Assembly (NCBI GenBank): GCA_009914755.4
Contig: CP068257.2
Location: forward strand, 40,672,001-40,736,000
Length of the DNA: 64,000 bases
Direction of reading: 5' to 3'
From: the human T2T-CHM13v2.0 reference genome, Homo sapiens
Shown one piece after another: positions 29,219 to 42,800 of the stretch. Each line of letters opens with the position of its first letter. Within the stretch, counting starts at the first letter, position 1. The position numbers and the translations under genes were made by a program. Below the pieces are notes generated by a model, which searched no databases, was not told the origin of the DNA, and saw nothing but the letters and a program-made list of their open reading frames with translations.

Positions 29219-29545
29219 CTTTGGAAGACAGTTTTATTGGCTTGCTGTCTTCACCAAGAAAGACTTGTGATTTTTGAAAACTTCTACCTGAAATGTATTT
29301 TTTCTGCTTTCCCGAGGAAGCGGCACTTACAGTGTTCCTAGGCTTTCCTGTGACGTGGGTGCCAGTCTGGATTCAAAATATCCTTGCATGCACTGCAGCT
29401 CCTTAGGGAGTCTTTTCCTGCCCTTGAGGCCTGGGCAGACTCTCCCCTGACACCCTCCCGCCCTCTCCCACGACGCAGCAGAAATAAAGCACAACCTCAG
29501 AAAGTCTCAGGCACGAAGAACTGTCCTCGGGTGGAGCATGGGACC

Positions 29546-29551
29546 TTTATT
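29546..29551 (-). terminator. TFF3: Proximal AATAAA polyA signal downstream of the TFF3 stop
   Basis: Plus-strand tttatt, so AATAAA on the minus strand, about 160 nt 3' of the TGA. Confidence 0.5.
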
Positions 29552-29709
29552 CGTTAAGACATCAGGCTCCAGATATGAACTTTCAGCAGAAGCGCTTGCC
29601 GGGAGCAAAGGGACAGAAAAGCTGAGATGAACAGTGCCTGGCAGCAATCACAGCCGGGCAAGGGTGCTCCGAGCCTCGCATCCCCCGGCCGGGGGCAGCT
29701 GGAGGTGCC

Positions 29710-29723
29710 TCAGAAGGTGCATT
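29710..29723 (-). CDS. TFF3: TFF3 exon 3 coding part. G+AA=Glu, then CTF and stop TGA.
   Basis: Reverse complement of 29710-29723 is AATGCACCTTCTGA. Minus-strand acceptor tttgcag|AAT. Total CDS is 82+147+14 = 243 nt = 80 aa plus stop. Confidence 0.88.
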
Positions 29724-30938
29724 CTGCAAACAGAGCAAAGGCTTGTGTGAGCAGTCTCTCTCCACCCATGCTGCCCAGCTTCCCAAGGTCAGGGCAGGCT
29801 CCAAGGCCAGCACCTAGTGCTGCCTCCTCCCCAGAGTCACCGGGGAGTGTTGAGTCCCCACCACATGGGGGAATAGCCAAGATTCCCACCTCGGGTTGCT
29901 AAGCAAGATAGTGGGACCCAGGGATCAGGCAGATAACAAGCGAGATGGGCCTTGGCAGGGCCATGGCTGGCACTCAGAGGAGAGTGTAGTTCCAGTGGAG
30001 CTGAAGGAACAGGACCGGCAGTGGACAGTAGCCAGACCCCTCTCTCTCCTGGCCTTCTCTGGACCCCCACCCCCACCCCTACCCTGGACTTGCTGGGGAG
30101 GGTGAAGGGAGGCCCTGGGCAGGGGCCCATCATTGATCAGGGAGCCGGGGCCAGCAGGACTCAGCCTCCCGCATTTCACCCTAGGACAAAGGGCAAGAGA
30201 GGCCCCTCTGGATGCTGGTTCCAGGAAGGTACCTCACGCAGGTGCGGCCTTCGTGGGGGCTGAGCTGGCACTTGGACATGGCAGATGGCTTATAGCCGAT
30301 CGCCCCACCCACGATGTGGGGCAGCTAAGCCTGGTGGAGCCAGGGTGGCAAACCCGTGTGCAGGGCCATCTGTTACCCGCACAGCACGCAGGCTCTCCGC
30401 CCCTGGGGAGGGAACCCCCAGGGTGGTTGCCCTGCACCTGCCCTCCACCACGGCAGAGAGAGGGAGAGGAGATGACCCTTGTGGGGGGCAGAGTGGGGGA
30501 GGTGGGGTGTGGCACCGAGGCCTGACGTCTAGGGCTGGGACCGCCTGCCGTCTGTGTAGGGGATGCCACAAATGACAAGACTCTGGGGGGCCGATTTGCA
30601 AAAACAGCCCAAAAGTCGGCCCGGCTTTCCACACCTATGCGTTTCCACTTCTCTCAAGAATAGTTACTAAATCAGTTCCCTCTATGCGATGCCATCATTT
30701 TGAACACCTTTTTGAAACAATTGCTTTTATGTTTTACATAAAGGGGACAGAAGAGGACAGCCCCTGGCCATGGCTGCCCTAAGTGTGAAGCCTCTGCTCT
30801 GAGGCCTTGGAACAGGTGTGTGTGTGTGGCTTCCTGGGGTCCTTGTGCCTCCATCTCCAGCCCAGAAAGGACAGGGAGGCCCTGAGACCCCCTGCCTTAT
30901 GGGGCTGGGCCCAGACCACGATGCCACTGGGGCCTTAC

Positions 30939-31085
30939 CTGCTTCCTGCAGGGGCTTGAAACACCAAGGCACTCCAGGGATCCTGGAGTCAAAGCAGCAG
31001 CCCCGGTTGTTGCACTCCTTGGGGGTGACATGGGGGTAGCCGCAGTCCACCCTGTCCTTGGCTGGCACGGCACACTGGTTTGCAG
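30939..31085 (-). CDS. TFF3: TFF3 exon 2 (trefoil/P domain, 6 Cys)
   Basis: T+CT=Ser, then ANQCAVPAKDRVDCGYPHVTPKECNNRGCCFDSRIPGVPWCFKPLQEA plus G. Minus-strand acceptor gggacag|CTGCA, donor GCAG|gtaagg. Confidence 0.92.
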
Positions 31086-31785
31086 CTGTCCCAGACAAAG
31101 CCCTGTCAGCTGCCAGAGCCCTTGCTGGGCTGCGGTGAGTGTGTTTGCTTCACTTTGCAAGTTTGCATCCTCCCGCTCCGCCCCACCCCGCCGAGTTCAA
31201 CCACTGCTGAAACCCTCGCCCTTAGGAAGATGCACTTTCCCTGTGAATATTTAAAGAGAGGCAGTCTGTTAAATACTCAGCTCGGGGACTCTGGCCATTT
31301 GCCTAAGTGTCTTTCTCCTTGGCACGCTCTTATCACCTTCTCGGGAAGTCACATACGGACCTGGGTACCTTCCAGCTGGCAGGAACCCCTGGGGAATCTG
31401 GGGTCCCTTGAACCCAGAAACAAAGTTACCCTTCATTGTTTGACCAACAAAACCTTGCCCCTTTGTTTTAAATGAAAACCGTGACAGGAGAGGCACACGC
31501 CATAGAGATCATTGCAACGCATGCTGCCTGCTTTTCACTTTTTTCTGCATCTCCCCTTCCTGAATTGTTGAGCATGTCCCACCCTCCCGGGACATCCTTC
31601 AGTCCCCAATATTTTCATGTTTCAGGCAAGCCTCTATGTCTGTATGTGCAGCAGAAGTTCACTGCGTTTCATTAACGAACTGAGTATTTCCTTAGGAAAA
31701 TGGCAATCACGTGCAGTGTCTTACATTCCCTTCTCTTGCTCCCAGTCCGTAATTGCTTATCCTCCTGGCATCCAAACTTCGCTCA

Positions 31786-32115
<330 letters not shown>

Positions 32116-32544
32116 AGCTGAGGCCTGGATCTTGCCTGGAGATGCCCTGATGTAACTGGTGTGCCCCAAGCATTAGGATTTTTAAAGCTCTCCAGGTGAT
32201 TCTAATGGGCTGCAAGTTCGGGAACCACTGCCTTTGACCCTGCTCAGAAGACACCCAGATAAAAGCCATGCCCTCATTCCTTCAAACTTGGGTTAATGGA
32301 GCAGCCACACCCCATGGCAGGGTTGCTGTGCAATGGCTAAATGAACCTTGTGCCTGCCGGTATTGACAGTGTTCTGAAGTCAGGGTTTTTCTCCTGCATC
32401 TTTCCTTTTTCTTTGTAAATGTGGAACAATGCATAAAGACCTATATTGTAATTTAGAAATCTCCAGCAAAGATGGCTATGGGGTCATAGGGGATGGGCTC
32501 AGGCTCAAACCCTGATTTCAACACAGACTGGGCAGGGCTGCCTT

Positions 32545-32640
32545 GGATAAGTTGTTAACTTTCTCTGAGCCTCGGTTTCCTTGTCTGTGAAATGGGGACA
32601 ATAAAGACCCACTTCAAAGGGCTAGCGCAGGAAAAAGTGT
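32545..32640 (+). mobile_element. MIR SINE fragment in TFF3 intron 1
   Basis: gagcctcggtttccttgtctgtgaaatggggacaataaagacccacttcaaagggctagc resembles MIR ctcagtttcctcatctgtaaaatgggga. Confidence 0.45.
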
Positions 32641-32746
32641 ATATGTGACAGGTGGCCATTATTAAATGAATGCAGAATCCCCCCTTATCCTGGATCCCTT
32701 CCCTTCACGCCCACCCTGCCACCGGGGCAGTCAGGGCAGTACTCAC

Positions 32747-32828
32747 ACAGGCCCACGTACTCCTCAGCAGAGCTGGAGGACAGCAAGGCCAGGACCAGCC
32801 CCAGCATGCAGAGCGCTCTGGCAGCCAT
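32747..32828 (-). CDS. TFF3: TFF3 exon 1 coding part (signal peptide). ATG at 32826-32828 gives the 80-aa precursor. An upstream in-frame ATG at 32868-32870 would give the 94-aa form.
   Basis: Reverse-complement translation MAARALCMLGLVLALLSSSSAEEYVGL plus T. Donor CTGT|gtgagt on the minus strand. Confidence 0.9.
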
Positions 32829-32885
32829 GACCACCGTGGGCTCCGGGACGCAGCTCAGGACTCGCTTCATGGTCCAGGAGGCCTC

Positions 32886-32891
32886 ATTTAT
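32886..32891 (-). promoter_or_regulatory. TFF3: TATA-like box (ATAAAT) of TFF3
   Basis: Minus-strand gcATAAATgagg lies about 58 nt upstream of the MAARAL ATG and only 16 nt upstream of the alternative ATG at 32870. Confidence 0.5.
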
Positions 32892-33574
32892 GCACCGTTG
32901 TTTGCACAGCTGCTCTGGATTGTTTGCTTGGGGAAGGCTCTCCCTCCTGGCTGTGGCTGCTCCTGTTCTCTCCTGCATGCCTTTGTCAAGCTCCCAGACA
33001 GTTTTTCTCTCCCAAAGGGGAGAGGTCAGTTCAGCCCCCACTGTTTTGGCAGCAAGCGGTAAGGGCGGATTCCAGTTCTGGTTCCGGGTCCTCTACTGGG
33101 GAGCGGATGTGTGTCAATTGCCCTCCTAGCCTGGCCTGGTGTAGTGTGCAGGAGCCATGTGGGGTGGCAGGACCAGGGTGTGGTGTCCGTTCCATCTCAG
33201 CCTCCCAGCCAGAAGCCCTCAGAACACCCCTGGTCCCATGACAAGAGAGCCCCAGGCTGCTTCATCCCAGATCGGCCTCGGAGACAGGCAGCTCTGAGTG
33301 AGTCAGGACCCTGCGGCTCTCTCACAACTCCTGAAACACAGAGATTCCTTGTCTTTCCTTTTTGCTTTCTCCCCTAAAAATTAGTAACTACATTTTAATA
33401 AGTGGATGAAATGAATTGATTGAAAATATGTTAGTAAAAACATGGTACACATAATTGATTTTTAAAATCAAATAATACAAAAGAGCCTTTCCTATCCAGA
33501 GGCATCTATTGATCTATTGTGAACACTTTTTTAGGTATCCTTTCAGAATTTTTCTCTCTGGATCTAAGCACGTT

Positions 33575-33635
33575 TTTTTGGTTTGTTTTTGTTTGTTTGT
33601 TTGTTTGTTTTTTTTTTTGTTTTGTTTTTTTGTTT
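33575..33635. repeat. (GTTT)n microsatellite, the tail of the minus-strand Alu
   Basis: gtttttttggtttgtttttgtttgtttgtttgtttgttttt. Confidence 0.8.
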
Positions 33636-33921
33636 TTTTTTTTTTGGAGACAGGGTCTTGCTCTGTTACCCAGGCTGGAGTGCAGTGGCACAATCTCAAC
33701 TCACTGAGACCCCCGCCCTCGCGGGGCTCAAGTGATCCTCCCACCTCAGCCTCCTAAGTAGCTGGGCCACAGGCATGTGTCCAGCTAATATTTTGTATTT
33801 TTTTAGAGACCAGGTGTCGCCATGTTGGCCAGGCTGGTCTCAGACTCCTGGACTCAAGTGATCTGCCTTCCTTGGCCTCCCAAAGTGTCAGGATTACAGG
33901 CATGAGCCACTGCACTCGGCC
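33636..33921 (-). mobile_element. Alu SINE (reverse orientation), about 750 bp upstream of the TFF3 start
   Basis: tttttttttggagacagggtcttgctctgttacccaggctggagtgcagtggc...cccaaagtgtcaggattacaggcatgagccactgcactcggcc. Confidence 0.9.
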
Positions 33922-34751
33922 ACATTTTTAACACAAACAGGAACTGACTCTCCACCTTTGCCCAGCGTGCTCTTTTAAAAACTAAAGACTACATCTCAGG
34001 AATTGTTTTATAACAACATATCAGATGAGACAGCGATGATTCTATCCATTTTCCAGAGGAAGAAACTAAGACTCAACATTTCCGGTGCCTATCAGAGGTT
34101 ACTCCAGTGTCCCTGGTATAGCTGGTATTTAACCCACTCCCAGGACCCTAAGCCTCCGCCCTCGGCATCCGCAGCATCCCCCAACCCCCCAACCTCCTGC
34201 AGTGGACTGGCTGGTAGTGGGCAAGAGACTAATCTCATTCCAGGAAAACGGGCCCCTAGATTTTGTGTTCTCCGTGTTTCTTTTCCAGGGAGGCATTTTG
34301 ATGACCCCCACTGGCCCTTCCAGGAGCCTCTGTCTGAAGGGTGGACTTGGTTTATCACCCCGAGAAATGGGAGCGCCTGGCTGCTTGGATTTAGCCTGCA
34401 GCTGGGGTCCCCGGTGGTGTGTGCAGGGCGGCCTTGAGCCTCCAAGGGTGCATCCACAAACTGCCCTTCCCCGAGTGACCCGTGGGAGCTCGATGGCGTA
34501 CGTGCTGAGCACCAGGATGTGTCCTGCCCTGTGACTCCCAGGCCCCGCCCTTGCGCTCAGCACGCCCTTTGTGGATGGATTTGAGGGCCCCTGGCCTCTG
34601 ATGTGCCACTCCCGCTGAGGCCAGCGAAGGAGGAAGAAGGAAAGAGCGTTGCCTGCCTTGTTTTCGGGGCACTCACTTTTTCTGGGAGACAGCGGACCCA
34701 GGTTCATCAATGGACAGCAGCATTTTCATGTTATTAAAAAGGTCATTGTAG

Positions 34752-34810
34752 GGGAAATCCCTGGGGGATCTGGTGAGATCTCCCTGGGGGATCTGGTGAG
34801 ATCTCCCTGC
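34752..34810. repeat. 29-bp tandem duplication, 2 copies
   Basis: ccctgggggatctggtgagatctccctg occurs twice. Confidence 0.8.
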
Positions 34811-36278
34811 CTTCCCACTGCTCCTAGTACCCAGAGGCCAGGCCAGGTCGTGGTGCAGGGCTGAGTTCCAGGAGGGTGCAAACACCCCAGGAACAGACTG
34901 CTGCCCCTCCGGCCCTCATGACCTGCTGGGGAAGGACCCCCGCAAGGAGCTTCTGCAGGTGCTGTGGTCTCCACCTGCTGCACTCAAAATTGCCTGGAGT
35001 GGGGAGAATATCAATGCCTGGGCCCCGCCCTGACAGGTGGTTCTGTCGCCTGTGATTCTTCTCTGCGGCCAGCACCGAGAACCCTGCTGGGGTTTGCTTC
35101 CGTTTAACTAGTGAATGTTGACTGAGCTCCTACTGCCTACACCCAGGGTTTAGGGCTGGGGAAGGAATAACAAAGGTGACACATTCTTGTCCTTGAAGAG
35201 TCCCCCCGCAAAGGGAGACGGGATCATGTCAGAGTTAAGATGGTGAAGCCAAGACTAGGTTCTGTGCTGCCTGACCTTGGGCAAGTCAGGTCCCATCTGT
35301 ACCTCAGTTTCCCTACATGTCACAGGGTGCTCACCCCACAGGACAGCATGAAGTGGTGCTGCACAGCCCAGCCAGGTGCCTGGGACACACACTGACCACC
35401 TGCCGGGTGTGCTGGATCAACCATGATGGCAGAGGAGAGGATTCCTGGTCCCGGCTCTGGTAGGAGCAAAGGCTGTGGCAAGGGGGCCAGAGCTGGGTCC
35501 TGTCAGGTGGAGACGCACAGGCTTCTCAGAGAAGGGGGATTTGGGCTGCACCTCTGGAGAGGTCAATGGGGAGGCCCGTGTGTGTCCCCTCTCTCTGTTC
35601 TAGGAGCCCCCTCCCCAGGAGCCCTGGGCTCTGTACAGGAACAGAGGATGGCATGGGAGAGCCCAACCTGCCTTCCAGAGCCTGCATTCCCACAGCCTTC
35701 CCCAGCCACCCTATTCCCCTGAGGGAGTTCCAGTTCCAGAGAAAAAGCAGAGCTGTTGTCAGAGCTGTAGGCCGTGCGGTAGTGGGCATCGGGCCCAACC
35801 CAGACAGGTGGCTCCCCTGGGCAACCCAAGACCTGGGGGTGAGCAGGACTGGCTCTAAAGGAGCCTCTCCCTTTCCTCCTTGGGAGCCGCATCCCGCATC
35901 CCTGCAGCAGCCTCGTCAGCTGTGTGCGGTGTGGCGGTGTGGGCCGTCCCAGGAGCCCTGCAAATCCCTCCCGCCCTGGGCCTTGTGCAGGGGCTCCTGG
36001 ATGGATCCAAGAAGAAGACAGTCTGCTCCCCCATGCCGGGGCTGCAACCTTTCACCTCCCGGATGCGTGGTCATTGTCACGTGCATATAACAAGCACAAG
36101 CTGAGCATGGGTCCCAGGTCAGGCACTCGGCCTGCAGATGTGGGAGCCCCAGAACATCAGGCAGAGCCCGTGCCCTCAGAGCTCACAGGCTGGTGAGGAG
36201 GAACAAGCCTTCAAGCATGAATTGTGGTGCAGTATGATTAGAGCTGGCAGAGTGGGGTGAAATCTGACTAGGTCTTGA

Positions 36279-36807
<529 letters not shown>

Positions 36808-39800
36808 TAACACTGCCTACTTTGCACTAACTCACTGCCCCACAGAAAACTCAGAGTTGATGTGGCACATGCAGGTTATAGGGTCTGCATCACCGCTCAG
36901 TTTTCTGGTATTGTCACTCGATTACTCAAGCAGCAGACAGTCCGAGGGAGGAAGGAAGTAGGAAGTTGTGCTAATCAGCACCCGTGGGTGGCCCAGGGCC
37001 GCACACCTCCCAGGAGCACCCTGCTGCCCAGCTGTCTCTCGGTCTGCAGCTGCCATGGGTGCCGCCCCTCACTCTGCACAGAACTTCCTCCTGCCTCCCT
37101 GAGAGAGGCTCGAAGACCCTTCCTGAGTCATCACGACCTGAATGTAGGTGCTTTGGGGAGGCAAACGCAGTGACCCATTCAAGGATGCTTCTGTCTTGAC
37201 ACATAGTCCACTGAGGACAAATGGGGGTGGGGACCAGGAGCAGAGCAAATGCCACCACCACGTGTAAAACAGGAAGGTCAGAACGCAGAGCAGCCCAGTG
37301 GGCTCAGAAGGGGGCATGGGCTCCAGGGTTCCCTTGTGCAGCTCAAGGAGCACTTGGTGCTGTTTCAGCCACTCGTCTTGAGAAGCAGCCACAGAGCCCT
37401 CTAAACCCAGAGCGTCTGTGGGTTTGGGACCGTTGCATCAGCCCCACGTGCAAGGGACAGGAAAGGTTCCCAGAAAGGCATGGACTGACGGCCAGAAATA
37501 ATGCAGCTGACCGCCGTGGACAGGAGCACCTCACCCGCAGCCCCACCTGCTGGACCCAGATGGGCCCTTCCCCAGCAGCCAGACCTGCTCTACCAGGAAG
37601 CAGAGCCTGAGAGGAGGGTGCAAGGCCCTCACCCAGGCACCGGAGGCACGGTGTCACCTCACCTTCCGTGTGATGCACTCCAGTCTGCAGTCCTGCACTG
37701 AGCCAGTCCTGGGCCGACAGCTGGGAGCCCCTCTTGTACCAGACCTGGGCTGATGGCATGCAGTTCTCAGAGACAGTCCCTGAATGCATTGGTGCAGGCA
37801 GCCAAGTTCAACAGCCCCAGACAGCACAGGGGACCCCATGGGGAGCCAGGTCCTCCCACCACCAGACTGGGAAGCCGCAGCCGCTCTCGGCCTTCGGACT
37901 TGGCTCATACCTGTGAGTCAAGCCTTTATCACCAAGTGATTCCCAAGTACATTGAGTTGAAGGGTGTCCTCCCCAGAATTCACATCCCTCCTGAAACCTC
38001 GGAATGTAACCTTATTTGGAAATAAAGTTTTTGCAGTTGTAATTAAACTAAGATAAGGTCTAGATCAAGCTTGTTCAATGTGAGGTCTGTCTGCCGCATG
38101 CAACCCAGGATGGCTTTGAAGACGGCCCTACACAAATCCGTAAACTTTCTTAAAATGTTATGAGATTTTTTTTGTGATTTTTTTTTTGGCTCATCAACTA
38201 TCTTTAGTGTTAGTGTATTTCACGTGTGGCCCAAGACAATTCTTCTTCTTCTGGTGTGACCCAGGGAAGCCAGAAGACTGGACACCCTCGGTCTAGATGG
38301 ATCCGCTCGCCATCTGGCCTGGTCTAGATGGAGTAGGGTGGGCCCTAAATCCAATATGACTAGTGTCATTATAAGAAGAGAAGAAACACTGAGACACACA
38401 CAGGGGTGCAGATGTGAGCACAGACGGGGCAGGGAGGCCACATGGCGATGGCAACTGGGGCAGAGACCGAGTGATATGCCTGCAAGCCAAGGAGGCCGGG
38501 GACTTCAGCACCCCCAGGAGCCGGAAGAGGCAGGCAGGACACTTCCCTGGAGCCCTCAGAGAGAGGAGGCCCTGTGACACCTTGACCTTGGACTTCTGAC
38601 CTCCAGAGCTGAGAGAGAATAAACAAGAATAAACATCTGTTGTTTAAACCACCCAGCTTGCGGTGCTGGTTATGATGGCCCAGGACCCTCACACACAAGG
38701 GGCGCCTGGCAGCAGGGTCTTTTCAGCCTGTGCTTTCTGGTGTGAGGGAAGAGGGAAGGGAAGGACACATTGAACGATCCCAGTGGCTTGTCTCATGGTG
38801 ACCTCTCCCTTCCTGCCCTGGCCTGGCTCCCTGGGGCCCTGGATGAGCTCTTCCCGGGTGCTCAGTGCCCCCTAGCCAGGACCACGGGTCCACTCGGCCG
38901 CCTGGATGCCTTTGACCCCACACATCGCCAGGCCTCGGCCTTCGTCCTTCCCGGCACCCATCCGATTGCTGGTCTCCATGAGTCCCTGGCTATCATCAAT
39001 CCCCAGACATGTATTTGATCCCTTCCCAAACTCCCCTGTCACCAGAATTATCCCCAGTGGACTCTTTCATTCCCATTTCCTTGTCTCAGGGGAGGCTAAG
39101 ACAACACTGGCTGGTGAGGGCTCCGGGACTCTCGCGTTCTGGTGGGGCTTGGGCTGGGCTCTGCCCGATGGAGGGCAGGGCACGCGGCAGCTCATGCCCA
39201 GGGCACAGCGGGACAGAGAGGCAGCCCTGTGAGAGGCTGTCAAAGCCAGGACACTTTTCAGACAGGTGAGTGGAGGTGCTGTGAATAATGATGCCAGGAC
39301 AAGAGTTGTGGCCAGGGAGTGTGCCTGGCAAACTGGGACCAGGACCCCCTGCCAAGAGGACATTCCACAAGCCCCCCACTGGGCTGCAGTCATTTCCAGA
39401 GACTTGAACACTGTGGAACTAGGACAGAGGGAGGAACAGGCACCCCCCCCAACTTTGGAAATGGAGACACAGTCAGGTGATCCCAACACACGTGTGGCAT
39501 AGCATCATGCCCTGACATATGTGGTCGTGCACAGATGGGGAAGGTACATGGATACATGTGTGTGCATCTGGCCCTGCAATGGGTCGGGGAGCTAAGGAGC
39601 CACACAGCACTCACGGGGCCAACCACAGCACTAGGTGTCTTTGTCTTTGTCTCCCATTCTGTGGGGATTGGTTCCTTCTCTTTTGGAAAGAAAAGTCAGT
39701 TAATCCTATGGTTTCTAAAGTCACAAAACATAGTTGCCATTTAGGCATAGTTGCCATTTAGGAGTTGACATGTCCAGTCCCATATGACAATCAAAATTCT

Positions 39801-42800
39801 GAACTTGACTTAAAATTAGATGTTTTCATTTGATGCCATAAAGGAATTAGTGGACATTTTTAGCATGGGGTGGATCTTTGAGTGTGTAGCTCTACGTATA
39901 TGACACACATATGGATGTAAACGTTTACATGTATCAGTATCTCTTCAAGGTATAGACTGAAATATTATGTATAATCTGTGGAATTGTCTTCAAAATAATT
40001 CAGGAAGGATAATTAGAGGTAGTAAGTATAGATAAAACAAGATTGGCCATAAGTTGATACTTGCTGAAACTCATTGATGGGGGTTCATCATACTATTATC
40101 TCTACTTTAATATATGTTTGCAATTTGCCATAATTAATAAATTGAACCCTCTCCCTCTCCTGGCCTGCTGCTCCAGGGGTAGGAACAGTTGTTGGGGCAA
40201 GGGCAGGGTAGAGGGGAGTAAGGGGAACTGGGAATGGGGAACGGAAGCTCTTCCTATACTGGACTGATGTTTCCCAGGTTGGCTCCACATTCTCTGGGCC
40301 CATCAGGTGCTTGAAACAAACGCCTTATCTCATGTGCTGCTTCCGGGGGGTCTTCAGGGGTTCCTCATCTGCAGATCCTTGGACGCTGGGGATGCACTTT
40401 CCACTAGCTCATCAATTTCTCCTCCCATCCCCGGGAACATGGTGTTGTCTTTGGTTTCTCTGAGATGATGTCTGCTCCCACCTCAAGTGTCTCTCTTGTA
40501 CAAAGTCTAGGATGACGGACACAGTTCTCTTGAGCTCCATGGCTTACCTGTGGTTCACCGGACACATTTGTGCCTCCTTCACCCCAACACACTCTGGGAT
40601 GCAGGCAGATCCTAACGGTTCGTCCTGTTCCTCACTAGATATTAGAGTCCCCAAGAGTCAGAAACCGGTGTCCTGTAGCCTCCAACCATGGAGGACATGC
40701 ACCACGCTCTCTTGGTGGACCCACTAAGACCTCATTCCTAAGACCTGAGACTAGAGACAGGCACACCCCACCCTTACCCCCTGTGGCAAGATGACAGTGA
40801 GAGAGACTCACAGCATATCAGCAACTCCTTAAAAATTCTCACACTTAGCATTTTCTACAAAATTCCCTTCCCTTAAAGCTTTTGTAGCATCAGTAGAGGC
40901 AAAATACTGAAGAATCATCTAACAATTCTCAGCCAAATTGTTTTTGATGTTTCATGGTCTATTGTCTCACTTTGAAATATGACATCTACTGTTTCTTGAT
41001 GTCTCAGCTAAATCTCCTCTCCAACACCCACAACACCAAGAGTTCCAACTATATTTATTCATTGTGTTACGGGAAAGGCGTCCTGATCCAAACCCCAAGA
41101 GAGGGTTCTTGGATCTTGGGCAAGAAAGAATTCAGGGCGAGTTCACAGTGCAAAGAGAAAGCAAGTTTATTAAGAAAGTAAAGGAATAAAAGAACGGCTA
41201 CTCCATAGACAGAGCAGCCCTGAGGGCTGCTGGTTGCCCATTTTTATGGTTATTCTTGACGATATGGCAAACAAGGGGTGGATTATTCATGCCTCCCCTT
41301 TTTAGATCATCTAAGGTAACTTTCTGACGTTGCCATGGCATTTGTAAACTGTCATGGCGCGGGTGGGAGTGTAAAAATGAGGACGACCACAGGTCACTCT
41401 CGTGGCCATTTTGGTTTCAGTGGGTTTTGGCCGGCTCCTTCACTGCAACCTGTTTTATCAGCAAGGTCTTTATGACCTGTATTTTGTGCTGACCGCCTAT
41501 CTCATCCTGTGACTTAGAATGTCTTAACCGTCTGGGAATGCAGCTCTGTAGGTTTCAGCCTCATTTACCCAGCTCCTATTTAAGATGGAGTTGCTCTGGT
41601 TCATATGCCTCTGACAATTGGATTCTGTATTTAGATATAAAACCCAAAGACAGAGGTCTAAATTTGTTTCTTGAGGGCTCCTACTGGGCAGATAACTGTG
41701 ACAGACTCTGGTGAGAGAGAACAAAGGCAAAAAATGTGTAGCTCCTTCCCATGAGAGACTTTGGAGTATAAGGGAAGACTAGATGTGCAGACAAATTATG
41801 GACTTTACCGAAGGGCCTGAAAGAAGAATTGAGGAAGCAGAGACGTGCCTATTCAAGGATGAGAAGACCATGGATTCTAAAGGTGGTAATTTTCTCAAAA
41901 TAAACTATATATTCAACTTATTTTCTATCAAAGTCTCAAAGGAAGATCGTAATTAAATGTCACAAACTGACTTCAGGATTTAAATGAAAAGATAAAGCAC
42001 CAAAAATACCTAGTAAAAGTTTAAAGAACGGTTCCCAGGAAGAGGAAAAGAAGAATCAGAAGATATCTATCCTATCAGACATTAAGACTGATTACAAAAC
42101 TACTGTGTTTAAAGCAGGGAAGTACGGGTGCGGGGATAAAATCAGACAACTGGAGCAGAACAGAAAGGTCAGAAATAGATCCATACACATAAGAAAATGT
42201 GGATAATATATTTGATATCAATGGGGAAACAGGACAATTGAATAAATGGTACCATGACAATCAGTTATCTGTATTTTAAAAAGACAAATTCAGATCCCCA
42301 CCTAATGACGCTAAGCTATTTTTAATTATCTACATTGAAAAAGGTAAATTTAGAACCACAATTTAACAACCCATTAACAAGTTTTCCTCTCTGCCCTGGC
42401 TGGCTTCCTGGGGAGCTGGACGAGCTCTGCCTGGGTGCTCAGTGCCCCTGAGCCAGGACACTTAGTACTGCGGTCGGTCCCGTTTATGCTGTGTGGCTCT
42501 TCAGCTTCCTGACCCATTGCAGGGCCAGATGCACACACATGCATCCATGTACCTTCCCCGTCTGTGCATGACCATGTATGTCAGAGCATGACAATATGCC
42601 ACATTTGTGTTGGGATTGCTTGTCTGTGTCTCCGTGCCCAAAACTGGGGGAGTGCCTGTTCCTCCCTCTGTCCAAGTCCCACAGTGTTCAAAGTGAATTA
42701 CAGGCCCAAAGTGAAAAGTAAAACTTTAAGTCACTAAAAGTAGAGATAGTCAACCAGCTCATACTAGACCCTGCCCTTCTTGATATAACAATGAAAACTC

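Noticed and set aside
41760-42300. AT-rich LINE-like sequence upstream of the duplicated A'/B' segments
   Set aside because: Frame-shifted translations only vaguely resemble L1 ORF2. I could not align it convincingly, so it is left unannotated.
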